Assembly: GCA_963725665.1 (NCBI GenBank)
Contig: CAVRZA010000003.1
Span: 160,001 to 224,000 of the forward strand
Source of the DNA: an uncultured Actinomycetes bacterium
GTDB lineage: Bacteria; Actinomycetota; Thermoleophilia; UBA2241
Reading direction: 5' to 3'
Length of the DNA: 64,000 bases
Position numbers and translations under genes: made by a program. The stretch's first letter is position 1. Every line of letters starts with the position of its first letter. The notes under the pieces were generated by a model. The model was not told the origin of the DNA. It saw only the letters and a program-made list of their open reading frames with translations, and did not search any database. Shown one piece after another: positions 1-10,420 of the stretch.

Positions 1-728
1 ACCCCATGACCAGCCTCAATCCGGTGTTCAATGTCGGCTCGCAGATCGCCGAGACGATCACGCTCCATCAGGGCAAGGGCAAGCGCGAGGCGTGGAAGAT
101 GGCCATCGATCTTCTCGCGAGGGTCGGCATCCCCGATGCCCCGCGGCGTGTGAACGAGTATCCGTTCGAGTTCTCGGGGGGCATGCGCCAGCGGGCCATG
201 ATCGCCATGGCGATCTCGTGCAACCCGGAGATCCTCATCGCCGACGAGCCGACGACGGCGCTCGACGTGACCATCCAGGCGCAGATCATGGACGTCATCC
301 GCGAGATGCAGGGCGTGTACAACTCCGGCGTGATCATGATCACGCACGATCTCGGCGTCGTCGCCCAGATGGCCGATCGCGTCATGGTCATGTACGGCGG
401 CCGCACCGTCGAGTACGGCTCGATCGACGAGGTCTACTACAACCCGCACCAGCCCTACACATGGGGCCTGCTGGGGTCACTGCCGCGCCTCGACGAGGTC
501 GAGAAGCAGCGCCTCACGCCGATCGAGGGACAGCCACCGAACTTGCTGCTGCTCCCGCCGGGGTGCCCGTTCACCGGACGGTGTCCGTACGAGCGCGAGG
601 TCTGCCGCGAGGTCTTCCCCGAGCTCGAGATCGTCGGCTCCGAGCACGGCGTGCACTGCTGGGTTCCCCTCGATGAACGGGTGGCCATCCGCGAGCGTCT
701 GCCCCACTTCAAGGTCAGTGTCGCGTGA
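1..728 (+). CDS. oppD: Oligopeptide/dipeptide ABC transporter ATP-binding subunit (5' truncated by window)
   Basis: [14 protein letters not shown] signature, [18 protein letters not shown] Walker B, C-terminal GCPF..RC motif. Confidence 0.93.
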   Translation, partial: PMTSLNPVFNVGSQIAETITLHQGKGKREAWKMAIDLLARVGIPDAPRRVNEYPFEFSGGMRQRAMIAMAISCNPEILIADEPTTALDVTIQAQIMDVIREMQGVYNSGVIMITHDLGVVAQMADRVMVMYGGRTVEYGSIDEVYYNPHQPYTWGLLGSLPRLDEVEKQRLTPIEGQPPNLLLLPPGCPFTGRCPYEREVCREVFPELEIVGSEHGVHCWVPLDERVAIRERLPHFKVSVA

Positions 729-1753
729 GCCTGCTCGAAGTCAAGGACCTCAAGAAGCACTTCCCCATCAAGTCCGGGGTCCTCAGGCGGACTACCGGCC
801 ACGTCTACGCCGTCGACGGCGTCTCGTTCTCGATCGAGGAGGGCGAGACGCTCGGGCTCGTCGGCGAGAGCGGCTGCGGCAAGTCGACGACGGGCCGCGT
901 GATCCTCAGGCTGCTGCCGGCGACCGACGGCGAGGTCACGTTCGACGGGCAGGACGTCATGGCCGCCTCCCGTCTCGAGATGCAGCGTCTGCGGCGCGAC
1001 ATGCAGATCGTCTTCCAGGATCCCTACTCCTCGCTGAACCCGCGCATGCGGGTCAAGAAGATCATCGGCGAGCCGCTGCGCATCCACGGCATCGGCACCG
1101 ACAAGGAGCGCCAGGAGCGGGTCGCCGAGCTGCTCGAGACCGTCGGCCTCACGGCCGAGCAGGGCGAGCGCTATCCCCACGAGTTCTCCGGCGGCCAGCG
1201 CCAGCGCATCGGCGTAGCCAGGGCGCTGGCGCTGAACCCTCGCTTAATCGTCGCCGACGAGCCCGTGAGCGCCCTCGACGTCTCGATCCAGGCGCAGATG
1301 ATCAACCTGCTCGAAGACCTGCAGAAGCAGCTCAGGCTGACCTACCTGGTGATCGCGCACGACCTCTCGGTCGTCAAGCACATCTCCGACCGTGTCGTCG
1401 TGATGTACCTCGGCAAGGTCGTGGAGATCGCCGACAGCTCACTCATGTACGAGCGCCCGGAGCATCCGTACACAGAGGCCCTGCTGTCGGCGGTACCCAT
1501 CCCCGACCCCAGGACGGAGCGCGCCCGGCGGCGCATCATCCTCGAGGGCGACGTGCCCAGCCCCGTCAACCCGCCGCAGGGGTGCGTGTTCCACCCTCGC
1601 TGCCCGCGCATGCAGCCCGACCCCTGCACGGTGGCCATGCCGCCAATAGAGAGCACCGCCGGTCAGGACGTCGGTGTCGACCACCAGGTTGCCTGCTACT
1701 TCCCGACCCGTTACGCCGTCGACGGGACCGTGACGGCGAACGCGCCGGTCTGA
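725..1753 (+). CDS. oppF: Oligopeptide/dipeptide ABC transporter ATP-binding subunit
   Basis: GESGCGKST Walker [35 protein letters not shown]; GTGA overlap with oppD. Confidence 0.95.
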   Translation: MSLLEVKDLKKHFPIKSGVLRRTTGHVYAVDGVSFSIEEGETLGLVGESGCGKSTTGRVILRLLPATDGEVTFDGQDVMAASRLEMQRLRRDMQIVFQDPYSSLNPRMRVKKIIGEPLRIHGIGTDKERQERVAELLETVGLTAEQGERYPHEFSGGQRQRIGVARALALNPRLIVADEPVSALDVSIQAQMINLLEDLQKQLRLTYLVIAHDLSVVKHISDRVVVMYLGKVVEIADSSLMYERPEHPYTEALLSAVPIPDPRTERARRRIILEGDVPSPVNPPQGCVFHPRCPRMQPDPCTVAMPPIESTAGQDVGVDHQVACYFPTRYAVDGTVTANAPV

Positions 1754-1802
1754 TCTAGCAGCCAGGCTCTTTGGCTGCCCTCTGCGAGCGTGCGATCTCT
1801 CG

Positions 1803-2783
1803 TTGGCACTTCATTGTGACACTTCATTGATCGGGCAGCGACGCGGCCTCTTGCTCTGCTCGCTGCATCACCGCGCCGCGTTGGCGGCCTGCGTCCTCCT
1901 GCTCATGGGCGGCGCACTCTGGGTAGGCGGCTGCGGCGCGGGCAGTCCAGGGAGCGCCAAGTCGCCGGCGGATGCGGTCGTCGCCAGGGTCAACGGTCGG
2001 CCCATCCACGAGGGCCAGGTGGCCGCCGTCATCGCCGAGGCGCGCCTCGTGAACCAGACCACTACCGAGAAGCAAGCTCTCGACGGCGTCATCGACGAGG
2101 AGCTCCTGCGCCAGGAGGCCGAGCGCCTCGCGGTCGCGCCGCCGCCGGCGCTCGTCGAGGCGCGCTTGCGCGCCCTCGAGCGCCGGGTCGGCGGCGCGAC
2201 CGCGCTCGACGAGGCCCTCAAGACCGTGGGCCTGACGCGGGCTCAGCTCCGCGAGCGGCTCGCCGTCGTCGTGCTCGGCGAACGGGTCGCGGCGGCCAAG
2301 TTCCCGAAGCTCATGGTCACGCGCCGCGACGCGCAGTCCTACTACCGCCGGCACCTCTTCGTGTTCACGGCGCCGGCGGCGGTGAAGCTGGGCGACATTG
2401 TCGTGCGCACCGAGCGCATGGCGGAGGGCGCCATAGAGCGTATCCGTGGCGGCCAGAGCTTCTACGAGACGGCGAAGACGTTCATCCGCGACCCCGAGCA
2501 GAAGCGGGTCGGCGGGCAGCTTGGCTGGGTGCGCACCGACACGCTGCCGACGGCGATCGCCAAGGCTGTGGCCAAGCTGAGCCCCGGGCAGATCTCGGAG
2601 CCGGTGCAGAGTCTGGGCGGTTTCAACGTCATCAAGCTCTACGCCAGGCGAGCGGCGCGGACCACCCCCTTCGCCCAGGTCGAAGCGAAGGTCCGCGCCG
2701 CCGCATTGAGTCAGCGCCGCGCCGCAGCCCTGAGGCGCTCGCTCGACGAAGCGCGAGCCAGCGCCCACATCCAGAAGACGTAG
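1803..2783 (+). CDS. Parvulin-type peptidyl-prolyl isomerase (PrsA/SurA-like), probable lipoprotein; true start may be further downstream
   Basis: Hydrophobic stretch ending VGGC, VVARVNG, GGQLGWV, GQISEPVQS.GG.F.VIK. Confidence 0.8.
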   Translation: MALHCDTSLIGQRRGLLLCSLHHRAALAACVLLLMGGALWVGGCGAGSPGSAKSPADAVVARVNGRPIHEGQVAAVIAEARLVNQTTTEKQALDGVIDEELLRQEAERLAVAPPPALVEARLRALERRVGGATALDEALKTVGLTRAQLRERLAVVVLGERVAAAKFPKLMVTRRDAQSYYRRHLFVFTAPAAVKLGDIVVRTERMAEGAIERIRGGQSFYETAKTFIRDPEQKRVGGQLGWVRTDTLPTAIAKAVAKLSPGQISEPVQSLGGFNVIKLYARRAARTTPFAQVEAKVRAAALSQRRAAALRRSLDEARASAHIQKT

Positions 2784-2866
2784 CGGAGCGCCGGGACCAG
2801 ACCCCCGCCCGCCGAAAGGCGTCGTGCCGGACACCGCCTGTTGCGAAGCACAGTAGAATGGCCGCC

Positions 2867-4534
2867 ATGACAGCGCAACGCCGCATCGGCAACCTCGACC
2901 GTGCGCGCCAGATCGGCGAGGCTGCCGCGCGTCACGGCTTCGGCTACTTCCTCAGGCGCTACGACCTGATCACCCTCGTGCCGTTCGGCGAGCGCATGTT
3001 CGGTGTGGGCGACCAGTCCGAGTCACGCGGCAAGCGGTTACGGTTGATGCTCGAGGAGCTCGGGCCGACGTTCGTCAAGTTCGGGCAGGTGCTCTCGACC
3101 CGTCCCGACGTCGTGCCCGAGGACGTCGTCACCGAACTGGCCGAGCTTCAGGACGCCGTGGCGCCGTTCCCGTTGCCGGAGGTCGAGCAGACGGTCGAGG
3201 CGGAGCTCGGCCTCACCATCGCACAGGCTTTTGAGAGCTTCGATCCGGTGCCTATGGCGGCGGCGAGCATCGGACAGGTGCACCGCGCGGTCCTGCCCGA
3301 CGGCCGCGCGGTGGCGGTGAAGGTGCAACGCCCGCAAGCGGAGACGCTGGTGAACGCCGACCTCGACCTGCTCGGACAGCTCGCGCAGCGTCTCGCCCAG
3401 GTCGGTGGGGAACGCCTGTTCGTCGACCCGGTCCAGCTCGTCGACGAGTTCGGGCGTGCGCTGCGTGCCGAGATGGACTACCGGACGGAGGCGCGTAACG
3501 CCGAGGCCCTTCGCCGCGCCTTCGCCGGCGACCGACGGGTCGTAATCCCCAGGGTGGTGTGGTCGTACACGCGCCGGCGGGTCCTGACGACGGAGCTGAT
3601 CGAGGGCACGCAGGTCGCCGACGTCGACCTGGCGGCCATGTCGATGGCCGAGCGCAAGACGCTGGTCGACAAGATGGCGGTGCTCTGGCTCGAGATGGTC
3701 TTCACACATGGCCTCTTCCATGGCGATCCGCATCCGGCCAACATCATCGTACGTCAGGACGGCAGCCTGGGCCTCGTCGACTTCGGGGTCGTCGGCCACT
3801 TGAGCGACGAGGACATCGAGAGCATCACCCAGCTCTTCATCGACGTCGTCGACCAGGACGTCGAAGGCGTGGCGGGGCGGCTGTGGGACCTCGGTGTGCG
3901 CTGGACTCCCGACGACGACGAACGTGTGCGCCAGGAGTTGCGCGACCTTTTCGGGCGTTACTACGGGTCTCGTCTCGACGAGGTCGATCCCGTGGGTGTT
4001 CTCGAGGATGTGTTCCGGGCCGTCTACCGTCTCAAGCTGCGCCTGCCGACCAAGTTCGTCGTGCTGCAGAAGGCGATCGTGACCCTCGAAGGCGTGGGCG
4101 CCACCATCTATCCCCAGTTCGACGCCATCGCGCTGGCTCGTCCCTACGCGCGGCGCCTCCTGGTGCGGCGCCTGTCGCCGCTGGCCGCGGCGGGCAGGCT
4201 GCGCGACCGCGGCGAGCGCTACCTGGCGCTGGCCCAGGAGGCGCCGGAGTCGGTCGCCGAGATCCTGCGCCAGCTGCGCCGGGGGCAGCTCGAAGTCAAG
4301 GTGACCCCGACCGGTCTCGACCCGGTGTTCGCGCGCGTAAGCCGCATCGCCAACCGGCTGGTCGTGGCGGTCATCATCGCGGCGCTGCTGCTCGGCTCCT
4401 CGATCCTGTGGGTCTTCGGCGGCATGGGTGCGGGCCTCTACGGCGCACGCATCGGCGGCTTCCTGGGCTACGCCCTTGCCGTGGTGTTTGGGGTCTGGGT
4501 CCTGGTTGCTATACTGCGGCACGGACGCCTCTAG
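2867..4534 (+). CDS. AarF/ABC1/UbiB-family kinase with C-terminal TM helices
   Basis: LGPTFVKFGQ.LSTRPD, AASIGQVH, VAVKVQRP, FHGDPHPAN, DFG; start placed at the ATG 7 nt after TAGAAT (2854-2859), alternative 2858. Confidence 0.92.
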   Translation: MTAQRRIGNLDRARQIGEAAARHGFGYFLRRYDLITLVPFGERMFGVGDQSESRGKRLRLMLEELGPTFVKFGQVLSTRPDVVPEDVVTELAELQDAVAPFPLPEVEQTVEAELGLTIAQAFESFDPVPMAAASIGQVHRAVLPDGRAVAVKVQRPQAETLVNADLDLLGQLAQRLAQVGGERLFVDPVQLVDEFGRALRAEMDYRTEARNAEALRRAFAGDRRVVIPRVVWSYTRRRVLTTELIEGTQVADVDLAAMSMAERKTLVDKMAVLWLEMVFTHGLFHGDPHPANIIVRQDGSLGLVDFGVVGHLSDEDIESITQLFIDVVDQDVEGVAGRLWDLGVRWTPDDDERVRQELRDLFGRYYGSRLDEVDPVGVLEDVFRAVYRLKLRLPTKFVVLQKAIVTLEGVGATIYPQFDAIALARPYARRLLVRRLSPLAAAGRLRDRGERYLALAQEAPESVAEILRQLRRGQLEVKVTPTGLDPVFARVSRIANRLVVAVIIAALLLGSSILWVFGGMGAGLYGARIGGFLGYALAVVFGVWVLVAILRHGRL

Positions 4535-4628
4535 GTAGGCGTGGGCGAGCGCGCTTCCGGCGCAGCGACGGCAAGCGCGCTCGGCCGCTGGCGTCCGCAG
4601 CCGGACTCTCCGACACGCGGGGCGAGCC

Positions 4629-5117
4629 GTGAAGGACATCCTCATCGTGTTGCTGGTCATCGCCGTCGCCCTGCTCATCATCGGGGCGGCCAACAACGAC
4701 CAGCGCGTCGACCTCGACTACATCTTCGGCACCTGGCACCAGGTCTCGCTCTTCACCCTGATCGCCATCGCCGCCGGGGCGCTCGTGGTCGTCGGTCTCA
4801 CGGCGGCCGCCTTTGCGGCGCTAGGAGCGGCCGGCGACCGGCGCAAGCTCGAGCGCGAGCTCGAGCAGACGTACGGTCGCCTGCGCGATGCCGAAGCTCA
4901 CGGCGCCCAGATGGCCGCAGAGGCCGCGGCGGCGTCGGCGGGGGCGAGACGCGAGGAGCTCCCCGTGGGGGGGGCCTCCGGCGCGTCGTCGGCCGCCGCA
5001 GTCGCCGATGCCGCCGCGGGACCGGACGACAGCGCCGCGGGGCCGTACGACGGTGCCGCGGGGTCGGACGATCGCACGCGCGCGCTCCGCCATCAGCCGG
5101 GGCGTGACGACACCTGA
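4629..5117 (+). CDS. LapA/DUF1049-like membrane protein with low-complexity tail
   Basis: Two TM helices flanking N.Q.V.LDYIFG, then coiled coil RRKLERELEQ. Confidence 0.7.
   Translation: MKDILIVLLVIAVALLIIGAANNDQRVDLDYIFGTWHQVSLFTLIAIAAGALVVVGLTAAAFAALGAAGDRRKLERELEQTYGRLRDAEAHGAQMAAEAAAASAGARREELPVGGASGASSAAAVADAAAGPDDSAAGPYDGAAGSDDRTRALRHQPGRDDT
5013..5075 (+). repeat. Three imperfect 21-bp tandem units (AAGPDDS/AAGPYDG/AAGSDDR) in the LapA-like tail
   Basis: gccgcgggaccggacgacagc / gccgcggggccgtacgacggt / gccgcggggtcggacgatcgc. Confidence 0.75.
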
Positions 5118-5550
5118 GGTGGCGGCGGCGCCCGACGGCAGCGGAGGCGCCGTCTGGCCGGTCGCGCTGGGTGTGGGGCTGGGCCTGCTCGTGCAAGTCA
5201 GCGGCGTGATCCTCTCGTTCATCGTGCTCTACCTGGTGGTGCGCGCGGGGGTGCCGCAGTCGACCGTGACGGCGACACTGGTGCTCGGCCTGGTCGACCT
5301 GGCGGCGGGGTTCGTCGCCGGCGCCGTTGCTTACGAGATCGCTCGACGGCGCGCGGCCGTCGTCGCGACCGCCTTCGTGCCGCCGCTGATCGCGCTCGCT
5401 GTGCTCGCCTTCGGTATCGTCATCGGTCGTGGCACGGTGGACGCCCACGTGCTCGTGCTCGCTCCCTTCTCGCTTGCCCTGTCAGTGGTCGCCTACCTTG
5501 GTGGTCGCTCGTGGGAGAGGCGCATCCGTCGGACCCGGCCGGTAGAGTGA
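5104..5550 (+). CDS. Hypothetical membrane protein, about four TM helices
   Basis: Hydrophobic helices in the 4888 frame; fills the gap before recJ; start (5104 or 5119 GTG) uncertain. Confidence 0.65.
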   Translation: MTTPEVAAAPDGSGGAVWPVALGVGLGLLVQVSGVILSFIVLYLVVRAGVPQSTVTATLVLGLVDLAAGFVAGAVAYEIARRRAAVVATAFVPPLIALAVLAFGIVIGRGTVDAHVLVLAPFSLALSVVAYLGGRSWERRIRRTRPVE

Positions 5551-5555
5551 CATCG

Positions 5556-8153
5556 ATGGACGAGCGAGTCCTTGCCGCCGCGCCGGTCGACCTGCGCCTC
5601 GCCCAGCGGCTGTCGGCCGAGCTGGGCGTGAGCCGCATCACCGGCGAGATCCTCGCGCGCCGCGGCTTCGGCGACGCCGCCGCCGCGCGCGCCTTCCTGC
5701 ACCCCGACTTCAAGCTGCACAGCCCGTACCTGCTGCCGGGTGTGGCCGAGGCCGCGGCGCGCATCGATCGCGCCCTCAAGCGCGGCGAGACGATCGCCGT
5801 GCACGGCGACTACGATGCTGACGGGGTCACGGCCACGTTCCTGCTCACCGAGGTCCTGCGCTCGCTGGGCGGCGAGGTCGTCTGGCACCTGCCCAACCGC
5901 TTCAGTGAGGGCTACGGGCTCTCGGCGCGCGCCGTCGAGGCCCTGGCCGAGCAGGGCGCGCGCCTCCTCGTCACGGTCGACTGCGGCGTCACGGCCGTCG
6001 CCGAGGTCGCCCGCGCCCGCGAGCTCGGTCTCGACGTGGTCGTCACAGACCACCACGAGCCCAAGGAGGAGCTTCCCGACTGCGTCGTGGTCGACCCGCG
6101 GCTGGGCGGGTATCCGTGTCCGCACCTCGCCGGGGTCGGTGTCGCCCTCAAGCTCGCCCACGCGCTCCTGCAGCAGCGCGGACCCGACCGTGTCGAGCTT
6201 CCACTCTCGCTGCGTCCCTACGTCGACCTGGTGGCCGTGGGCACCGTGGCCGACGTCGTGCCGCTCGTCGACGAGAACCGCGCTCTCGTGATGATGGGGC
6301 TCGGGAGGCTGCGGAGCGCGCCGCGGCCGGGTCTCGCCGCGCTGCTCGAAGTGAGCGGTGTCGCGCCCGCCGACGTCGAGTCCTCGACCCTCGGCTACCG
6401 CCTCGGGCCGCGCCTCAACGCCGCCGGGCGCCTCGACGACGCCTCGCTGGCCATGGAGCTGCTCGGCGCGACCGACCGCCAGACGGCGCTGCCCTTGGCA
6501 CTCAAGCTCAACGAGCTCAACGCGGCCCGGCAAGACATCGAGGCGGCGATGGCGGTTGAAGCCCTGGCTATGGTGCCCGACCCGCCGCCGCCGGCGCTCG
6601 TGCTGAGCTCGCCCGACTGGCACGAGGGTGTCGTGGGCATCGTCGCCTCGCGGCTGGTCGAGCAGGTCAACCGGCCCGCGATCCTCCTCAGCGAGAGTGA
6701 CGGAGAAGCGGCCGGTTCGGGACGCAGTATCCCCGGGTTCGACCTGCTCGCGGCGGTGACCGCCTGCTCGGCTCCCCTGCTCTCCTTCGGCGGCCACCGC
6801 GCCGCGTGCGGTCTTCGTCTGCGGCGCGACGACCTGCCGGCGTTTCGCGAGGCGTTCACCGCCTACGCCGGCGATCACCTCGCCGAGACCGATCTGGCGC
6901 GGCGCACGCGCATCGACGCCGTGGCCTGCGGCGACGAGCTCACGCTCGCAGTCGCCGACGAGCTCGAGCTGTTCGCGCCGCACGGCCTCGGCAACCCCCA
7001 GATCACGCTGCTCCTGCACGCCGCCGAGGTGCACGCGCGCGGCACGACGCGCAACGGGCGCCACCTGCAGAGCAGCGTGCGCTGCGACCAGGCCAGCTGC
7101 TCGGCGATCCACTTCGACTTCGCCGACAACGGCGGGCAGCCGGTGCCCGAGGCGCGCTACGACATCCCGCTGCTCCTGCGCAAGAACGCCTACGGGGGCA
7201 TGGTGAGCGCGCAGGTGCAGGTGAAGGGGCTCTTCAGGCTCGACGACGAGGCCCACGACCTCTGCCCGACCGCCTGCGACCTCGGCTGCCCCGAGCGGGT
7301 CTCGGGCGACGGATTCTGGCGCCTGCTCGACGAGCTGGCGGCGGATGAGGCGACACCCTTCGCGCCGGGGGGCGGGAGAGAGGCCGAGGCGGAGGACCGG
7401 GCGGCCGCGGCGATCGACGACCCGCGGGTCGTCGATCGCCGCGGCCGCCCGGTCCTCTCGACGCTCGCCGCGCTGTTGACGAGCGGTGAGCGCCTCCTGG
7501 TGCTGGTCGCCGACGTCGCTCGCCGCCGCCCGCTGCTGGCGCGCGATCTGTCCCTCGCGCACTTGCGCGCGACCGGTCTCTACCTCAACGCGTCCTGCCT
7601 GCCGCGGCGCCTGCCGCTGGCGTGTGGCGCCGCGGGCGAGTCTGCTCCCGACGTCGTCATGGCGAGCACGGCGACGGCCGCCGCCCACCCTGAGCTCGTG
7701 GCGGCCTTCAGCCATGTGGCCTTCGTCGACCCGCCGTTCTCGGCGGCGGCGCTCCACTCCGTGCTCGCCGCCGCCGGCGAGACCGCCTGCGTCCATGCGC
7801 TGTGGGGCCAGAATGAAGTACACTTCGCAGGCAAGGTCGCGTCTGGCGAGTACGACCTAGACGCGGAGCTACGCCGCGTCTACCGGGTGCTGAGCCAGGC
7901 CGACGGGCGACCGTTCGACGACGGCCTCGAGCGCGAGCTCGCGGCGCATGGTCGCTTCCTCGCCAAGCTGCCCACCTTGGCGGTGGCTCGCGCGACGCTT
8001 CTCGAGGCCGGTTTGGTGGTCTCGGAGGGGGGCAAGAACCGAGTGAGGAAGGTTGACGGCAAGGTCGATCTCACGACGTCGCCGACGTACCGCAGATGGC
8101 ACCGACGGCACACAAGCCAGTACCTGCAACGCTGCCTGACAGCGCGGATCTAG
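5556..8153 (+). CDS. recJ: ssDNA-specific exonuclease RecJ with long C-terminal extension
   Basis: GDYDADG, PNRFSEGYG, TVDCG, TDHH, LGPRLNAAGR, FGGH..ACG. Confidence 0.95.
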   Translation: MDERVLAAAPVDLRLAQRLSAELGVSRITGEILARRGFGDAAAARAFLHPDFKLHSPYLLPGVAEAAARIDRALKRGETIAVHGDYDADGVTATFLLTEVLRSLGGEVVWHLPNRFSEGYGLSARAVEALAEQGARLLVTVDCGVTAVAEVARARELGLDVVVTDHHEPKEELPDCVVVDPRLGGYPCPHLAGVGVALKLAHALLQQRGPDRVELPLSLRPYVDLVAVGTVADVVPLVDENRALVMMGLGRLRSAPRPGLAALLEVSGVAPADVESSTLGYRLGPRLNAAGRLDDASLAMELLGATDRQTALPLALKLNELNAARQDIEAAMAVEALAMVPDPPPPALVLSSPDWHEGVVGIVASRLVEQVNRPAILLSESDGEAAGSGRSIPGFDLLAAVTACSAPLLSFGGHRAACGLRLRRDDLPAFREAFTAYAGDHLAETDLARRTRIDAVACGDELTLAVADELELFAPHGLGNPQITLLLHAAEVHARGTTRNGRHLQSSVRCDQASCSAIHFDFADNGGQPVPEARYDIPLLLRKNAYGGMVSAQVQVKGLFRLDDEAHDLCPTACDLGCPERVSGDGFWRLLDELAADEATPFAPGGGREAEAEDRAAAAIDDPRVVDRRGRPVLSTLAALLTSGERLLVLVADVARRRPLLARDLSLAHLRATGLYLNASCLPRRLPLACGAAGESAPDVVMASTATAAAHPELVAAFSHVAFVDPPFSAAALHSVLAAAGETACVHALWGQNEVHFAGKVASGEYDLDAELRRVYRVLSQADGRPFDDGLERELAAHGRFLAKLPTLAVARATLLEAGLVVSEGGKNRVRKVDGKVDLTTSPTYRRWHRRHTSQYLQRCLTARI
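7392..7457. repeat. Perfect 66-bp palindrome (33-bp arms, no spacer) inside recJ
   Basis: Checked base by base around centre 7424/7425; both strands read EDRAAAAIDDPRVVDRRGRPVL. Confidence 0.95.
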
Positions 8154-10342
8154 GTTCGCTGCCCGAGGAGCAGCGCGTGCTCTACGACGGGCTCGTGGCG
8201 GCCATCTCGCGCCACGACCCGGGATTCAACCGCGACCTAGTCGAGCGCGCCTTCGTCGCCGCCTGCACGCTGCACAAGGACCAGAAGCGCAAGAGCGGCG
8301 AGCCGTTCATCAACCATCCCCTGGGCACGGCCATGCTGTGCGCCGATCTGCAGCTCGACGCGACGACCATCGCCGCGGCCCTCTTGCACGACGTCGTCGA
8401 AGACACCAGTACTCCCCTGTCGTGGATCGCGGAGCGCTTCGGCGACGAGATCGCGATGCTGGTCGACGGCGTCACCAAGCTCACCAAGATGAGCTTCAAC
8501 TCCCAAGAAGAGGAGCAGGCCGAGAACTACCGCAAGATGATCGTGGCGATGGCGAACGACATCCGCGTCATCCTCATCAAGCTCTGCGACCGTCTGCACA
8601 ACATGCACACGCTCTCCTATCTCAGCAAGCAGAAGCAGCTCCAGAAGGCCAAGGAGACGCTCGAGATCTACGCTCCGTTGGCGCACCGCCTGGGCATCTA
8701 CAGCATCAAGTGGCAGCTCGAGGACCTCGCCTTCGCCACCCTGCATCCGCGCAAGTACGCCGAGATCCAACAGATGGTCGCGCAGCGGCGGGCCGACCGC
8801 ATCGACTACGTCGACGAGGCGGCGCGGTTTCTCGAGGACGAGCTGGCGCACGTCGGCATCCACTCCGAGATAACCGGGCGCGCCAAGCACTTCTACTCGA
8901 TCTACGTGAAGATGAGTCGCCGCGGCAAGGAGTTCAACGAGATCTTCGATCTCACTGGCTTGCGCGTCCTGGTCGACTCGGTCAAGGACTGCTACGGGGC
9001 GGTGGGCATCACCCACGCCCTCTGGAAGCCCATCCCGGGGCGCTTCAAGGACTACGTCGCCATGCCCAAGTTCAACATGTACCAGTCGCTGCACACGACG
9101 GTCATCGGGACCGGCGGCAAACCGCTCGAGATCCAGATCCGTACCTTCGAGCAGCACCAAACGGCCGAGTACGGCGTCGCCGCCCACTGGCTCTACAAGG
9201 AGAAGGGCGACGGGCACGGCGTCGACAAGCTCGCCTGGCTGCGGCAGATGATGGAGTGGCAGTCAGAGACCGGCGATCCGCGCGAGTTCATGGACACCCT
9301 CAAGATCGACCTCTTCGAAGACGAGGTCTTCGTGTTCACGCCGAAGGGCGCGGTGAAGAACCTGCCCGCCGGCGCCACGCCGCTCGACTTCGCCTACGCC
9401 GTGCACACCGACGTCGGCAACCGCTGCGTCGGGTCCAAGGTCAACGGCCGCATCGTCCCCCTGCACCACAAGCTGCGCTCGGGAGACATCGTCGAGATCA
9501 TCACCTCGAAGTCGAGCAAAGGACCCTCGCGCGACTGGCTCGGCATCGTCGCATCGCCCCGCGCCAAGCAGAAGATCCGCCAGTACTTCCGCCGCGAGCA
9601 GCGCGAGGATTCAGAGCACTCCGGGCGAGACTTGCTGCAGGAGACGCTGCGCCGTGCCGGCGTGCCGGCGCAGAAGATCCTCTCCTCGGCCGAGTTCGCC
9701 ACCATCGCGAAAGAGGTGGGCTTCGCCAAGATCGACGACCTCTATGCCGCCATCGGCTCGGGGCGAGTGCCGGTGCGCACGGTCGTCAACAAGGTGCTGG
9801 GGCGCACGGGCACCATGAAGGAGGCCGTTCCCGAGGTCGACATGCTGCCCACGTCGACGGTGGCGCAGTCGCAGACCGCCGCCGTGTCGAGCGAGTTCGG
9901 CATCACGGTCGACGGGCTGCGCGACATCGTCGTGCGTATGGCCAAGTGCTGCAAGCCCATCCCCGGCGACGAGATCGTCGGCTACATCTCCCTGGGCAAG
10001 GGCGTCACCATCCATCGTGCCGACTGCGCGAACGCCCGGGCTCTCCTCAAGAACCGGGAGCGCTTCACCACGGTGAGCTGGGACGGCATCGGTGGGGTCG
10101 CCTTCCGCATCGAGATCCAGATCGAGGCCCTCGACCGCAGCCACTTGCTCGAGGACATCTCGCGCACGCTCTCCGATTCGGGCGTCAACATCATCAGCGC
10201 CGCCGTGCAGACGCTTCCCGACGGCGTCGTGCGCGACCGCTTCACGGTCGAGGTCGGCGACGTGCGCCAGCTCGACAACATCCTCGCCAACATCCGCGCC
10301 ATCCCCACCGTGTACGACGCCTACCGGCGGGTGGCCGGCTAG
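8096..10342 (+). CDS. relA: Bifunctional (p)ppGpp synthetase/hydrolase (start uncertain, overlaps recJ end)
   Basis: QKRKSGEPF..HP, LLHDVVEDT, APLAHRLG, YQSLHTTV, TGS, CCKP and ACT regions. Confidence 0.96.
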   Translation: MAPTAHKPVPATLPDSADLGSLPEEQRVLYDGLVAAISRHDPGFNRDLVERAFVAACTLHKDQKRKSGEPFINHPLGTAMLCADLQLDATTIAAALLHDVVEDTSTPLSWIAERFGDEIAMLVDGVTKLTKMSFNSQEEEQAENYRKMIVAMANDIRVILIKLCDRLHNMHTLSYLSKQKQLQKAKETLEIYAPLAHRLGIYSIKWQLEDLAFATLHPRKYAEIQQMVAQRRADRIDYVDEAARFLEDELAHVGIHSEITGRAKHFYSIYVKMSRRGKEFNEIFDLTGLRVLVDSVKDCYGAVGITHALWKPIPGRFKDYVAMPKFNMYQSLHTTVIGTGGKPLEIQIRTFEQHQTAEYGVAAHWLYKEKGDGHGVDKLAWLRQMMEWQSETGDPREFMDTLKIDLFEDEVFVFTPKGAVKNLPAGATPLDFAYAVHTDVGNRCVGSKVNGRIVPLHHKLRSGDIVEIITSKSSKGPSRDWLGIVASPRAKQKIRQYFRREQREDSEHSGRDLLQETLRRAGVPAQKILSSAEFATIAKEVGFAKIDDLYAAIGSGRVPVRTVVNKVLGRTGTMKEAVPEVDMLPTSTVAQSQTAAVSSEFGITVDGLRDIVVRMAKCCKPIPGDEIVGYISLGKGVTIHRADCANARALLKNRERFTTVSWDGIGGVAFRIEIQIEALDRSHLLEDISRTLSDSGVNIISAAVQTLPDGVVRDRFTVEVGDVRQLDNILANIRAIPTVYDAYRRVAG

Positions 10343-10420
10343 GTCCGGGTCGACGGCCCCTCGGGCTGTTTGATACCGTAAGGCGTCGTTCGCTCCCCCG
10401 GCTCTTCGGCTGGTGAGTCC

